The notes beneath the pieces are model-generated. The model saw only the letters and a list, made by a program, of their open reading frames with translations, had not been told where the DNA came from and ran no database searches. From an uncultured delta proteobacterium (lineage in GTDB: Bacteria; Desulfobacterota; RBG-13-43-22), in NCBI GenBank assembly GCA_963802945.1, contig CAWDKY010000015.1:1-64000 (forward strand): DNA of 64,000 nucleotides, in the 5' to 3' direction. Numbering within the stretch: position 1 is the stretch's first letter; every line of letters begins with the position of its first letter. Of the stretch, positions 1 through 10,924 are shown piece after piece. The position numbers were made by a program, and so were the translations under genes.

Positions 1-146
1 CCCATGACCCATTTGACGGCATCCACAATGTTGCTCTTTCCGCATCCATTGGGACCCACGACTCCGCTTATTCCTTTCGGAAAAGAGACTATTGTCTTTT
101 CTGGAAAGGATTTAAACCCATTAAGTTCTAATCTTTTAAGTTTCAC
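1..146 (-). CDS. smc: Chromosome segregation protein SMC, N-terminal part (runs off the window)
   Basis: Manual translation from GTG at 146: [49 protein letters not shown], the classic SMC N-terminus with Walker A. Not in the ORF track. Confidence 0.93.
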   Translation of the reverse strand, partial: MKLKRLELNGFKSFPEKTIVSFPKGISGVVGPNGCGKSNIVDAVKWVM

Positions 147-554
147 TTGAAAATATCTCCCCTGTTAAATAAAGAAAACCTAATCCCGTGGCTGGTTTTA
201 TCTAAACCACTATCTCTTATTAGAAACTTTAATCCAATTGTAATAAAAAAAATCATTTTGTAAAGAAAAAAATACTATATGAGGGACTTATTAAAAAAAA
301 TATACAATATATAGTGGGTTAGACTTCCCTAAAGAATCCTGGACCTTTCCCCTAAAACCAATAAATTCGATAATCTTCACATCTGCTTTTTATAGCCTTT
401 TTTAATAGATAGTCTGAGTTGGCCGTAAAACGGCGGGATTCCAGGTTTTAGATTGGGTGATTCATTGATTTTATTTAATAGTTAGCGATCCTGTAAACTA
501 AAAAACAGGATTTTCCGGCCATGGCCGGAAAAACCCCAAATCAGAGGAGGGAGT

Positions 555-851
555 ATGGCGCTTTTTAATGGATGGAAGGGAAATATTTTAGGAGGATTGG
601 CAATCGGGATCGGAGCCTCGGTGGTTGGACCGGTGGTGAAACCCATCTTGGCTACCGTCGCTAAACCCCTGACCAAGGCGGCTATCAAAGGCGGCTATTT
701 ACTTTATGAAAAAGGGAAAGAAACCTTGGCCGAAGTGCAAGAGGTAGTTGAAGATCTGGTCGCCGAGACCAAGGCTGAAATGGAAGAGGTGCAAGAAGCC
801 CCATCTGTTCTGGTGGATTCCGAACCCGCGGCTCAGCCCAAAGCCGAATAA
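555..851 (+). CDS. DUF5132-like small protein
   Basis: GGAGG RBS. Gly-rich hydrophobic N-terminus (GGLAIGIG), then AKPLTKAAIKGG...AEVQEVVEDLVAE, typical of DUF5132. Confidence 0.7.
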   Translation: MALFNGWKGNILGGLAIGIGASVVGPVVKPILATVAKPLTKAAIKGGYLLYEKGKETLAEVQEVVEDLVAETKAEMEEVQEAPSVLVDSEPAAQPKAE

Positions 852-860
852 GGTCATATC

Positions 861-1361
861 ATGTTTGATTTTCCTGAAGATACTTATGTCAGTCATGCCT
901 CTCAAGGAAGGCTGCGTTTAAGAATACCTTCGAAAAAAAGGGATGCCGCCTTTTTTGCCCAACTTCAAGCGGTCCTTTCCTCTATTCCAGGCTTTGATCA
1001 AATCAAAGTAAACCCCTTGAGTGGCAGTCTCCTCATCCTCCATAGCGAACTTCCCGAGGAAATGGCCTCGTTTGTTAAAACCTTGGCCGGTCTCTCCCCA
1101 AAAAGTAATTCCACGGGTAAACCAAACAGCATTTATCAGAGGTTTACAGGGACATTTCGTCAAGTAAATACTCAAATACAAGGATTTACTAAGGGTGAAT
1201 TGGATATCCCGACGTTAAGTTTTATTGCCCTTTTAGTCGTGGGAATCTACCAGATCAGTCGGAAAAATTTCACTGCCCCGGCCTGGTACACGGCTTTTTG
1301 GTATGCCTTAAATATTTTTTTACAATCTAAGGAACGATCATGGTCAAGAAACAGGACTTAA
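861..1361 (+). CDS. HMA2 (heavy-metal-associated 2) domain membrane protein
   Basis: VSHASQGRLRLRIP...IKVNPLSGSLLILH HMA2 pattern; C-terminal TM segment with PAWYTAFWYA. Confidence 0.7.
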   Translation: MFDFPEDTYVSHASQGRLRLRIPSKKRDAAFFAQLQAVLSSIPGFDQIKVNPLSGSLLILHSELPEEMASFVKTLAGLSPKSNSTGKPNSIYQRFTGTFRQVNTQIQGFTKGELDIPTLSFIALLVVGIYQISRKNFTAPAWYTAFWYALNIFLQSKERSWSRNRT

Positions 1362-1411
1362 ATAAAAAGTTACCCCTACCCGTTAAGCAACCATCAAAAA
1401 GGAGAACGAAT

Positions 1412-2068
1412 ATGCCCAACAAACAAGAACCCAAAAGCCCTGCCCAAGGCCCGGGCATCGGCAAGGTTGGAACGAGCGTCAAAGATGGAGTGGTCAGCAG
1501 CCTTAAGGGAATCAATGAGATCGAAGCAGAAATAGTGACTTTGGTTAGAAACACCGTTTCCACTACCTTGCGGACCACCGGTTCTTTGGCCGGCGAAAGT
1601 TTAAACGTCGCCAAAGAAGTGATTAAGGGGGCCATCCAGGGCACCGAAGAAGTGGGCACAGGTCTTATCCTAAGTACAAAAAGCGTTGCCAAGGGAATGA
1701 TCATGGGCATCAGTGATGTAGGTGGAGATGTGGTCGACATGGCCAATCAAACCGTCAAAGGGGCCGTCAAAGGCGCTTCCGAAATTGGAGCCGATGTGGG
1801 CCTGGTAGCCAGAAGGACGGTGGACGGCGTCATTGAAGCCACCAAAGAGATCGGCGGAAATGTGGAAGAGGTCGCTAAGGTGGCTGTCGGCGGGGCCATA
1901 GAAGCAGCCGGGACCATTGGGACTATGGCCGTCCGCTCGGTAAAGGATATGTTGGTCGGGGTGGCCGAAGGGGTTAAAGAAGTGGCCTCCAGTTTGGTTC
2001 TCAAAACCAAATCGGGCCAAGCTCCGGAAATTAACTCCCGGCCCAAGGGTGGAAAAGGGAAAGCCTAA
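1412..2068 (+). CDS. Gly/Ala/Val-rich protein with 22-residue amphipathic repeats
   Basis: AAGGAG RBS before ATG 1412; repeats KGAIQGTEEVG / KGMIMGISDVG / KGAVKGASEIG / DGVIEATKEIG / GGAIEAAGTIG spaced 22 aa apart. Confidence 0.7.
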   Translation: MPNKQEPKSPAQGPGIGKVGTSVKDGVVSSLKGINEIEAEIVTLVRNTVSTTLRTTGSLAGESLNVAKEVIKGAIQGTEEVGTGLILSTKSVAKGMIMGISDVGGDVVDMANQTVKGAVKGASEIGADVGLVARRTVDGVIEATKEIGGNVEEVAKVAVGGAIEAAGTIGTMAVRSVKDMLVGVAEGVKEVASSLVLKTKSGQAPEINSRPKGGKGKA

Positions 2069-2071
2069 CAT

Positions 2072-3036
2072 TTGATCCGGTCGATTCATGTCGCGGTAGA
2101 AGGCAGTGTCCGTTTTCGGATTAATGGCCTATACCGCTCCAAACCATTAAAAACATATCTAGGAAGACCGAATAGCCGAAAAAGAAGGGATCACCGGATT
2201 TTCGGCTAATTTGTTAAGCGGCAACGCACTTGTTTTTTTGATCCCAGACTAAGTGTCTCAACCATTACACTCTTTCTCCAGGAGGCAGTCAGGGCCTTCC
2301 ATCAAGATAACGGAAACCATAAAGGGTTGGTTCAGAAGAAGTCCCTTTACGAAACATTTTTTGTCGACCCACCCATCTCAGCCCATAAGAGAACATCCGG
2401 CCAAGGACCTTTCGATGTACCTTCCCATTTTCCTGGAGGCCCAGATTTATTAAAGTCCACGAAACCTAAACCATTTATGCCCAGCCGGAGAAAGACCCGC
2501 CAAATGGTCCGGCGGGCCACAGATCAAAGGGTAGAGCCTTGGCACCTTCAATCCGCCGAACCCCTGTTGGTCGAAATGGGTATTCAGCCTCATTCAGGGC
2601 TTTCCGAACAAGCGGTGAAGGAACGACAAAAAAAGTATGGGCCGAATATTCTTCCTGAAGCCATTCCCCCGTTCCGGATTCAGTCTGTTCATTGACCAAT
2701 TCAAGTCCCTTCCCGTGGCTTTATTGGGCATGGCTGCCGGTATTTCAGTGGCCACCGGTGGACGTTGATGCCGTCGTCATCCTTTCCGTTGTCGTTATTA
2801 ATGCCATTATAGGGTACGTCACCGAAAGTCAAGCGGAGAAAACCATCCATTCTTTAAAGAACCTGGTTCGTCCTATGGCCCTGGTACTCAGGGAAGGATC
2901 GGTTCAAACCATAGGTGCCCAGAATGTGGTGCCGGGTGATCTTCTGGTCCTCCAGCCTGGAAGTTATATAGCCGCCGATGCCAGACTTATCGAGAGCACC
3001 CGTTTAACGGTTGACGAGTCAGTCCTCACCGGGGAG
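2072..3036 (+). pseudogene. Truncated, frameshifted cation-transporting P-type ATPase (HMA2-like N-terminus, Cation_ATPase_N, TM1-2, actuator domain)
   Basis: Fragments in different frames: [72 protein letters not shown]. Homology stops at TGE. Confidence 0.8.
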
Positions 3037-3512
3037 GGCCTTCTATTCATTCCGGTTTGACAGGAAGAAAAAATGCCATCGACACCTATGGAGAATACGC
3101 CCGTCAAAGCGGGGCCGCTCTGAGCGGGAAGGACCCATTGCGTATCGACAGGATCGGCGCTTATGCCGCCAGGTATGCGGCCAAAAATATCGTGGCCGCC
3201 GGTCTGGCCGAGGAATGCGAAGTTCAACTCAGTTATTCCATTGGTTTTGCTCGCCCCGTGAGCATTCAAGTGGAAACTTTCGGCACCGGTAAGGTTTCCG
3301 AAGATAAGATAGTCGAACTTTTGGGAGATTATTTTGATTTTCGATTGGCCGGGATTTTGAAGCAATTCAACTTAAGATATCTGCCTTTAATCCTCAAAGG
3401 GGGATTTTATAGGAAGCTGGCCGCTTACGGCCATATGGGGCGGATGGACATCGGCCTTCCCTGGGAATTGACGGATAAGGCACGGGTGCTCAAGGCAGCG
3501 GTCGGATTTTAG
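3033..3512 (+). pseudogene. metK: C-terminal fragment of a divergent S-adenosylmethionine synthetase
   Basis: [20 protein letters not shown]...SGKDP..IDR...[24 protein letters not shown]...AAYGHMGR. The N-terminal two thirds are missing. Confidence 0.85.
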
Positions 3513-3769
3513 AAAAAAATGAAAGACAGCCGATTAATCGGCCTTCAAAGAGGGAAGGGGGACGTAGTTGAACATGGTCACTTTTTAAATTTAGGGAGCA
3601 CTGGTTTTAATATAACTTATTTTTTCCAATTGGCCCTCCATAGATGTCAAAGTGATTCCATTCCGCCAATACCCCTATTTCATTAGCCCAAAATACCAAG
3701 ATAAAAGACCTACCACCCTTCAGACAAATAATTTACGTGGCCCGATCCTAATTCGTCCCCTTTTTTTGA

Positions 3770-5254
3770 TTAGTTAACTTTAACAACTGCAGGCGTTGTC
3801 CACACTCCATTGAGAACTGAATCCTGTGGTAAATAAAGCCGCAGGGTAAGGTTGAATGAGCCCTTTGGTGCAGGTAGCCAGTTGGAAACTTTGTCAGCCG
3901 AGGGGGCGGAGGATTGGATGTAAATGCTAAACGATCCATCCTGATTAAGCACATGTCCCTTGTCTTGGCTGCCTATGGAGTAACGGTTTATGGGATTGCC
4001 GACCAGAAATCCGTTGCCGTCATACACGGTTAATGACCAGAAGCCCAGAGGCTTTACGGGAGGCAATTGACCCGCCGGAAAGGTAAGCACATATTGTGAG
4101 GTCCCATCATATTTTTGACCAGTACCATCCACGGCACTCGAAGGATAGACCGCCTCGATAGCTGGATTACCCAAAAGGCCTGTAAGCGCAGCATAGGCTC
4201 GGGTCAGATATCGACCCTCCATCTGTGCCCTGTCCCCGAATCTATTGAAATCCTTCGTCCAACCATTAATAAATTTTATATTTGCTTCTTCATGGTTAAT
4301 CTCTGCTTTGGCATCGGTTATACCGGCATTAATGGCCTTCAGTATGGAAGGTTCGAGCCAGGTCGGATCGAAAGGTTTGTCTGGCCCTATACCAATCTTG
4401 GCAAATCTAGCGAATAAAGGGGCTTCACTGGTCACAGGTTTCACTCTTCCCAGTTGGAAATTAAGATAGGTGATAAAGTCGGCAGATATTTCTTTAAAGG
4501 GGGGTGAGCCGGGAAGTGCTGTGTTCAGAGGCGGGGTGCCGTGAATATTCCATTGGCTGATATTAAAGTTTGCGGGGAAGGTTGCATCGACTACCGGAAA
4601 GGAAAGGTCCGGTGCACGAGGTGAACTCTCCTTGGTGTAACTGGATAGAGCATAAAATTTGTATTGATCCTGCACCGCATGGGCGGCTGCCAAGTCGGCT
4701 GCACCATTGACGCCGGTACGACCTAGTACTATGGCAAAATCCGATTCCATCCGGAACACCTTCGTAATATCAGGGACAGCAGTTTCCTTCCAGTAGGGTC
4801 CGGCTATCAGATACTTTCCGCCCCCTGTGCCGGTGGCCCGGGTGCCGATGAAACCGGGTACATGCGTAAAAACATCAATAAGTTGAAAAGAATAATATCG
4901 ATCGGTAATGGAAGGCACCTCAATAATGTATGGCTCGGCGCGCAGGTCGAGATATATGATCGTGTATAATGTGGCGTTATTGGGTCTAACAATTGTTTTG
5001 TCTTTATGAGTCAGTAAATCTCTCGAGTGTGTCATTTTATTAAATGCTTTAGGTAATACTCCTTTTAAGTATTCAAGCCGGTAGAATTCCAATATTGGAA
5101 AGGCATATATATAGGCCTCTTTGGCTATGGTCCTTACGTCATCGGTTGATGCCGTTTTTTCCCTTTGGCCGCAATCCCCATAGCCACTCAAGATTAAAAG
5201 GCCGCTTATTAAAAAAACGATCAGCAATAAAGAAATTCTCCTCAAGGTCATCAT
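3770..5254 (-). CDS. DUF1254/DUF1214 exported protein
   Basis: Signal peptide, AKEAYIYAFP, RPNNATLY, GFWSLTVYD, NPINRYSI, NWLPAP..F.LTLRLYLP. GAGGAGG RBS before ATG 5254. Confidence 0.88.
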   Translation of the reverse strand: MMTLRRISLLLIVFLISGLLILSGYGDCGQREKTASTDDVRTIAKEAYIYAFPILEFYRLEYLKGVLPKAFNKMTHSRDLLTHKDKTIVRPNNATLYTIIYLDLRAEPYIIEVPSITDRYYSFQLIDVFTHVPGFIGTRATGTGGGKYLIAGPYWKETAVPDITKVFRMESDFAIVLGRTGVNGAADLAAAHAVQDQYKFYALSSYTKESSPRAPDLSFPVVDATFPANFNISQWNIHGTPPLNTALPGSPPFKEISADFITYLNFQLGRVKPVTSEAPLFARFAKIGIGPDKPFDPTWLEPSILKAINAGITDAKAEINHEEANIKFINGWTKDFNRFGDRAQMEGRYLTRAYAALTGLLGNPAIEAVYPSSAVDGTGQKYDGTSQYVLTFPAGQLPPVKPLGFWSLTVYDGNGFLVGNPINRYSIGSQDKGHVLNQDGSFSIYIQSSAPSADKVSNWLPAPKGSFNLTLRLYLPQDSVLNGVWTTPAVVKVN

Positions 5255-5639
5255 ACTAACCTCCTCTATTTTTTGATAGATGAATGGACGGACATCGTGA
5301 ACAGGTGATAGATTCACGGATGTCGTGGATGAACCTTCAAAAACTATCTTGGTAATTTAACTCTTGCAACGGGACGAGTCAAGGGGGAGTTGACTCACAT
5401 TTTCAGATCATAAGCATCGGTGTAGGCCAGGCTGCAGGCCATGAGAGATCCAATAAGAACCAACAGCATTGCTTCAATTTTTATAATTTATCTCCAAGAA
5501 CTGATAGGAATTTGATTTTCAGTAGGCAATGGTTATTGCCCTAACGAAAGGCATGATGGCCAGGTCTATTTTTTTGTCATTGAGGATCAAAACTGAAAAG
5601 GTTAAAAATAGACCCGGCCCTTGTATGACTATTTCTGTA

Positions 5640-6611
5640 TTATTTAAAAAGAGCGTCCATCCTTTTCTTCGTTTCCGCGGCTTCGTCAACGATTCTTTGG
5701 ATCAGCTCGGCCACGGTCGGAATGTCGTGAAGACGACCGACGACCTGTCCACCCGGATACATCCCTTTGTCGAAAGTTCCTTCTATCCAACCTCCGGCAG
5801 AGGTTCGTCCGCTGATATGGGGAGCGAGTTCTTCCAGAGTAGCCCCCTTAGCTTCCAGTTTCAGAATCGTTTCAGACCCTGGTGTTTTTAAGACTCGGCT
5901 GGGATTCATTAAAGATTTCATCACCAGCACGGTATCAGTCTCTGGTGTTTCGAGCAGTTTCTTTTTAAAGTCAGAATGGATAGGGCATTCCTTGGTGGCC
6001 ATGAATCGCGTACCCATGTTCACCCCGGCAGCGCCGAGGGCCAGGGCGGCTACCAGCCCTTTACCGTCAGCAAAACCCCCGCCCGCGATCAGGGGTTTTT
6101 TAACTCTGTCGAGCGCAGCTGGTATTAAAACAAGGGTTGTCACTTCCTCCATACTCGGATGCCCGCCGCATTCCGTTCCCACGATAGATACTATATCCAC
6201 ACCCAGACCATCCACTTTGACCGCATCGCGCACCCGGGCGCATTTATGAATGTGAATCAATCCGCCTTTGACAATCTGATCGCGGTGAGGCGCAGGACTC
6301 CGCCCGGCCGTTTCCAATATTTTAACGCCGGCATCGATCACCCAGCCTATTCTCGCCTCCGCAGAGACGGTCTCGACCATTGTCGGAAACAATCCCACGT
6401 TAACCCCAAAGGGCTTATCGGTCATGTCCCTGGTTTTTTTCACCTCATCCATAAAGGCTTGTTTGTCCTGAAAAGCCGCGGCTGGCAGACAGCAAAAACC
6501 TCCGGCGTTGGCCACTGGTGCAACCAGTGCGGCCATAGAGATGGCCTGCATGGTTCCGCATTGGATAGGATATTTGATCCCCAGTATCTCTGTCATTTTC
6601 GTCTGTAGCAT
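5640..6611 (-). CDS. Nitronate monooxygenase / FabK-like flavoprotein
   Basis: LGIKYPIQCG, DKPFGVN, GTECGGH, IAGGGFADG, GVNMGTRF motifs. Confidence 0.88.
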   Translation of the reverse strand: MLQTKMTEILGIKYPIQCGTMQAISMAALVAPVANAGGFCCLPAAAFQDKQAFMDEVKKTRDMTDKPFGVNVGLFPTMVETVSAEARIGWVIDAGVKILETAGRSPAPHRDQIVKGGLIHIHKCARVRDAVKVDGLGVDIVSIVGTECGGHPSMEEVTTLVLIPAALDRVKKPLIAGGGFADGKGLVAALALGAAGVNMGTRFMATKECPIHSDFKKKLLETPETDTVLVMKSLMNPSRVLKTPGSETILKLEAKGATLEELAPHISGRTSAGGWIEGTFDKGMYPGGQVVGRLHDIPTVAELIQRIVDEAAETKKRMDALFK

Positions 6612-6942
6612 TTGTTTCCCTCCTTAAAGGATAATGGTTTAAAAAATTTTCTTTACGAACAATTATGTTTGTTCATTATAAATTATGTATTAAATTAATC
6701 TAAATATCAACATTTTTTCCTGCTTCTTCGCCAGTAAAATGCAAACCAAGACATTATGTGAGACTATAGTCGAGGGTTTCGGGTTCCAGGAAGTCAAAAG
6801 GGTTTTTTACTTGTTGATCAACAAGCGCTTTTTGAAGAATGAAATATAAGAAAAGGATCAAGGTGTGTCAATGAAGATAAATGCTCTCAATGCAAAACAA
6901 GATTTTATGGACTAAAAATAGGCCCTCGGGAATCCAGGCCTC

Positions 6943-8277
6943 CTATTTGATAACCGCTTGTTTTTTTAATTCCTCAATCTCTTTTTTCTTATATCCGAAC
7001 TTTTCCAGGACATTGACGGTATCTTCTCCCAGGGTAGGGGCTCCTTTTCCAGGCTTGACCGGGTCCTTAGAATACCTGACCGGATGGCCAACCATTTTAT
7101 ATGAGCCGAGTTCGCTGTTTTGAAGGTCCCAGATCATATTCATGGCTTTGACTTGAGGATCATAAAACAGGTTGGCGGTGTAATTGACCGGCCCGCAGGG
7201 TATGCCGGCCTTTTCCAGGGCCTCAATCCAATCATTATTGGTCTTCTCTCGGAAACGTTTTTCCATTAAAAGGGCCATCTCTTTTTGGTGATAGTGGACA
7301 TCATCTGTAATATCGCCAAGCTCGACCCGGGCACTTTTGTCCTTCACCCCTAACACCTCACTCATATTTTCCCGCTGTTTACCGGTTAGGGCGGCTACCC
7401 CGATAAATCCGTTGGCCGTCTCATAAATCCGATAGTAGGGAAAGGCATAACGGTCGGCAGGCCGGTGATTGCAGTCAGGCAGATCGAGGGGGCGAGTGGA
7501 TCCAGGTTGTTCTTGACGGAGTCTGATTTCGGAAATCGCGTCGATGATCTGGGTGTGTGTCTTTCCCTCCCGAAAGGCGGTGCTCAGAAAATCCAATTCT
7601 TTCTGATGCCTTTCCCGGTCGAGCTCCTCAATTTTGGCAAAGCCTGTGGCCAGCAGGGCCATGCCGGTACTGAACAAACAGGTTTCAATTTTCTGTCCTT
7701 CTCCCGTTTTGGTTCTCGAATAAAGGGCGGATACGGCGCTGAAGGCATTGAGCATACCTGTTGAAATATCAATATAAGGGCTTCCCCCTGGTCCCCGCGG
7801 ATTACCGTCTTCGTCCGCATAGCCGGCCATAATCCCTGAGGCCGCATGGGCGATGATGTCGAAGCCTTTGCGGTCTCGATAGGGGCCGATCTCTCCGAAA
7901 GCGGTGCTGGAGATGAAGATCAATCCTTTGTTGATCTTGGACAGGGTATCATAATCAATGCCCAATTCTTCAGCAACACCGGGGGCATAATTCTGGATAA
8001 TAATATCCGCCTTTTCCACCATCCGGTAAACGATCCGGCGTCCATCTTCCTTTCCCAGATTCAGACAAAGGCTCTTCTTCCCCCGGTTCATAGTCAGGGA
8101 CGTTCGGGTATTGCCCCTGTACAAACGAGTGTTGCCCCATCGTCGTTCTTCCGACCCATCCGGGGGTTCGATTTTGATTACCTCCGCACCCAGATCGGAC
8201 AGCAGAAAACCGCAGTAAGGTCCGGCAATATATTCCGAAAAATCCAGCACCAAAATTCCATCCAGTAATCCGCTCAT
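6943..8277 (-). CDS. Family III CoA-transferase (CaiB/BaiF)
   Basis: LDFSEYIAGPYC...LGAEVIKIEPP, NRGKKSL, GFDIIAHAASG, APTLGEDT. Confidence 0.9.
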   Translation of the reverse strand: MSGLLDGILVLDFSEYIAGPYCGFLLSDLGAEVIKIEPPDGSEERRWGNTRLYRGNTRTSLTMNRGKKSLCLNLGKEDGRRIVYRMVEKADIIIQNYAPGVAEELGIDYDTLSKINKGLIFISSTAFGEIGPYRDRKGFDIIAHAASGIMAGYADEDGNPRGPGGSPYIDISTGMLNAFSAVSALYSRTKTGEGQKIETCLFSTGMALLATGFAKIEELDRERHQKELDFLSTAFREGKTHTQIIDAISEIRLRQEQPGSTRPLDLPDCNHRPADRYAFPYYRIYETANGFIGVAALTGKQRENMSEVLGVKDKSARVELGDITDDVHYHQKEMALLMEKRFREKTNNDWIEALEKAGIPCGPVNYTANLFYDPQVKAMNMIWDLQNSELGSYKMVGHPVRYSKDPVKPGKGAPTLGEDTVNVLEKFGYKKKEIEELKKQAVIK

Positions 8278-8492
8278 TAAAAACGGCCTCCTTATATTCA
8301 TCAGGAAAAAACAATTTAAACTTGAAATATTAGTTAATATTGTATTATAATTTCGAAGTTGTCAATGGAAACAAAAGGAAGGCAAAGCTCTCGCAAATAT
8401 AGTGAAAGAACAACATCGTATTTCTATACTTAATTTGCTGAAAAAAGAATCCTTAGTAAATCGCTAAAAAAAATGTATGGGAGGCATAAAAA

Positions 8493-9528
8493 ATGAAAGC
8501 AGCTATTTTAGAGAAGGGTAAATTGGAAATCAAAGATATACCGAAACCTATACCCGGATATGAAGAAGTCCTGGTCAAGATTAACACGGCCGGTGTTTGC
8601 CACTCGGATGTGCATTTGGTTAAAGGGGATTGGCCTCGATTTGTCCGGCCGTTTCCGGTTCCCCTAGGTCATGAAGGCATAGGTATCGTCGAGGAATTGG
8701 GTATCGGAGCGGAAAAATTCGTAAAGCAAGGCGATAGAGTTATCTTGGGTCTCGGCGGTGCGGGAGGAGGATACTGGTGCGGTGCTTGTGAATATTGTCT
8801 CAGCGGAAGGCCCAGGCTCTGCAAAGAGACCAAGGGTATTATCGGGACTTATGCCGAGTTCATTTCGCTTTGGGCAAAATCATTGGTCAAGCTGCCCGAA
8901 GAAGTCAGTGATCAGGATGTTCCCTTGGCCTGTGGGGGATTAACGGCCTATAGTGCGATTAAGAAACTCATTAAGTTTGAGGTCTTGCCGGGTAAGCCGG
9001 TGGCCATTATCGGTGCGGCCGGCGGTCTTGGCCATTATGCGGTACAGGTCGCCAAGGCCTTTGGATATAAGGTCGTCGGCGTTGATGTGGGCCAAGAAAA
9101 ACTGGATTTCATTAAGAAGTTGGGCGCCGATTACGCCGTGGATGCCGGTGAGGCGGCACAATTCGTTAAGGAAAAATTCAGCAGGGGTATACGCCAGTAT
9201 CGTTTTTTCTTCCAAGTTAGCCGGCTTTGAGCTGGGATTAAAAATAATGAAGCGGGGAGGTGTGTTTATCAGCGTTGGCATGCCTGCCGCCAACGAAGGG
9301 GCCCTATCGTTATCTCCATTGGATCTGTTGGCCAGGGATCCTATTATCATGTCTTCTGCCGTGGGTAACGTCGAGGAAATGAGGGAATTGATTCAATTGG
9401 CCGCTGACGGTAAAGTCAAAACACATATCAGCAGGGTAGCGAACCTCTCAGAACTTAGTGAGGTCATCGAGGAGCTGGGCCAAGGGGCTTACTCCGGAAG
9501 GGCATTGATCAATGATATGACGAAATAG
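8493..9528 (+). CDS. Zn-dependent alcohol dehydrogenase (frameshift near 9180, possibly a sequencing error)
   Basis: GVCHSD, GHEG, CGACEYC...C and GAAGGLG in ORF 8493..9230; the C-terminus continues in ORF 8953..9528 (GVYASIVFS...GRALI). Confidence 0.85.
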
Positions 9529-9747
9529 TATTAAAACAGGGTTCAAGGGGCCAAGGGGTCAAGGACCGCAGGGCGGAGTGAGAGGCGTGGAAGTTAAAAC
9601 CCTTGAAGCGCCGAAGCCTGTTTTTTTAGCCATGGAGAACCCGCCGCTGACACTTAAATATTGGCCTGTGAACGTTAAAACTGGGTACGGAGCGGATAGG
9701 GCGGGTGGCCGTTTAACGAAATTATATCTCAACAAGGAGGAACTATT

Positions 9748-10557
9748 ATGGACTTCGGATTAAAAGGAAGAGTGGCGATTGTGACCGGGTCAGGAGCGGG
9801 TATCGGTCGGGTAACGGTGCTGACGTTGGCCGGGGAAGGGGCCAATGTGGTGGTGAATGACATCAATCAGTCCGTGGCCGAGAAGACAGCTGAAGAGGCC
9901 AGGGCACTGGGAGTGAAGGCTCTCGCTGTTGAAGGTGGTGTAGACAAGCAGGAAGAGGTCCAGGCCATGTATAAGAAAGTGATTGCGGAATTGGGTAAGG
10001 TGGATATCCTCATCAATAATGCCGGCCGGGGTGTACATTGGGAGGCCGGGAAAACCCCTCGTCCATTTGTTGAAACGGAGAAGGAAGATTGGGATTATAC
10101 AGTGAATCTCTGTCTGTACGGGGTTTTCCATTGTACCCGAGCGGTGCTTCCGGACATGATCAAGAATAAATATGGGAAGATTGTCAATATGATTTCCGAT
10201 GCCGGAAGAACTGGCGAGGCCTTTATGGCGGCCTATTCAGCAGCCAAGGGGGGCATCGTGGCCTTTCAAAAGGCCTTAGCCAAGGAAGTGGGGCGGTATA
10301 ATATAAACGTTAACGGCGTCTCGGCCGGGGCGACCGATACAGAAAGGATACTTAAAAGTCGAGAGCAACTTAAGGCCAAAATGGGTGAGGAGGATTTCAA
10401 GAAGAGACAGGAGGCCATGTTAAAGAATTATCCGATTCGTCGCTTAGGTGAACCGATCGATTTGGCCAGGATGTGTGTTTTCCTTTCGTCGGATGTATCC
10501 AAACATATCACCGGGCAGACCATCAGCGTCAGCGGCGGTTTCAGCATGGTGTCCTAA
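9748..10557 (+). CDS. Short-chain dehydrogenase/reductase (FabG/BadH-like)
   Basis: TGSGAGIG, NNAG, YSAAKGG, ITGQTISVSGG; AAGGAGG RBS. Confidence 0.92.
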   Translation: MDFGLKGRVAIVTGSGAGIGRVTVLTLAGEGANVVVNDINQSVAEKTAEEARALGVKALAVEGGVDKQEEVQAMYKKVIAELGKVDILINNAGRGVHWEAGKTPRPFVETEKEDWDYTVNLCLYGVFHCTRAVLPDMIKNKYGKIVNMISDAGRTGEAFMAAYSAAKGGIVAFQKALAKEVGRYNINVNGVSAGATDTERILKSREQLKAKMGEEDFKKRQEAMLKNYPIRRLGEPIDLARMCVFLSSDVSKHITGQTISVSGGFSMVS

Positions 10558-10624
10558 TTTCCATAATCGGTCATAGCCAGCTGAAGGCAGGGTCAGAAGC
10601 AGCCCTGCCTTGCCGACGAATTAG

Positions 10625-10874
10625 ATGGGCAAGAGTTTGAATTTCTACCCCCTGCAGGAGACTTTTTTACGGTGTCAACGTCATTCGCTGCGGTGTCGTT
10701 AAATTCCTCACCCGAAGGGGCGCACCAGAGCTAGCTCCCTTCCTATGTCGAGTTGATTTCCACATTCAAAAGTATCTGCCGAAAGGCATTACGTTCAGGC
10801 GCACTCAAGTTATTGCGGAAGGCGGCAAATATTGGGACTTTAGATACTACATCACGAATAAAGCGAGCCCGTAG
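10625..10874 (+). pseudogene. C-terminal fragment of an L-2-amino-thiazoline-4-carboxylate hydrolase-like protein
   Basis: Manual translation NVIRCGVVKFLTRRGAPELAPFLCRVDF...GITFRRTQVIAEGGKYWDFRY, stop at 10872-10874. No intact start. Confidence 0.5.
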
Positions 10875-10924
10875 CGATGAAGATTAGCTGGACACAGGCC
10901 TCAAGTCAAACAAAAGTCCGCCCA

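Noticed and set aside
555-2068. Magnetosome gene cluster
   Set aside because: No Mam/Mad hallmark genes (MamK actin, MamB/M CDF transporters, MamE protease) are present in the window.
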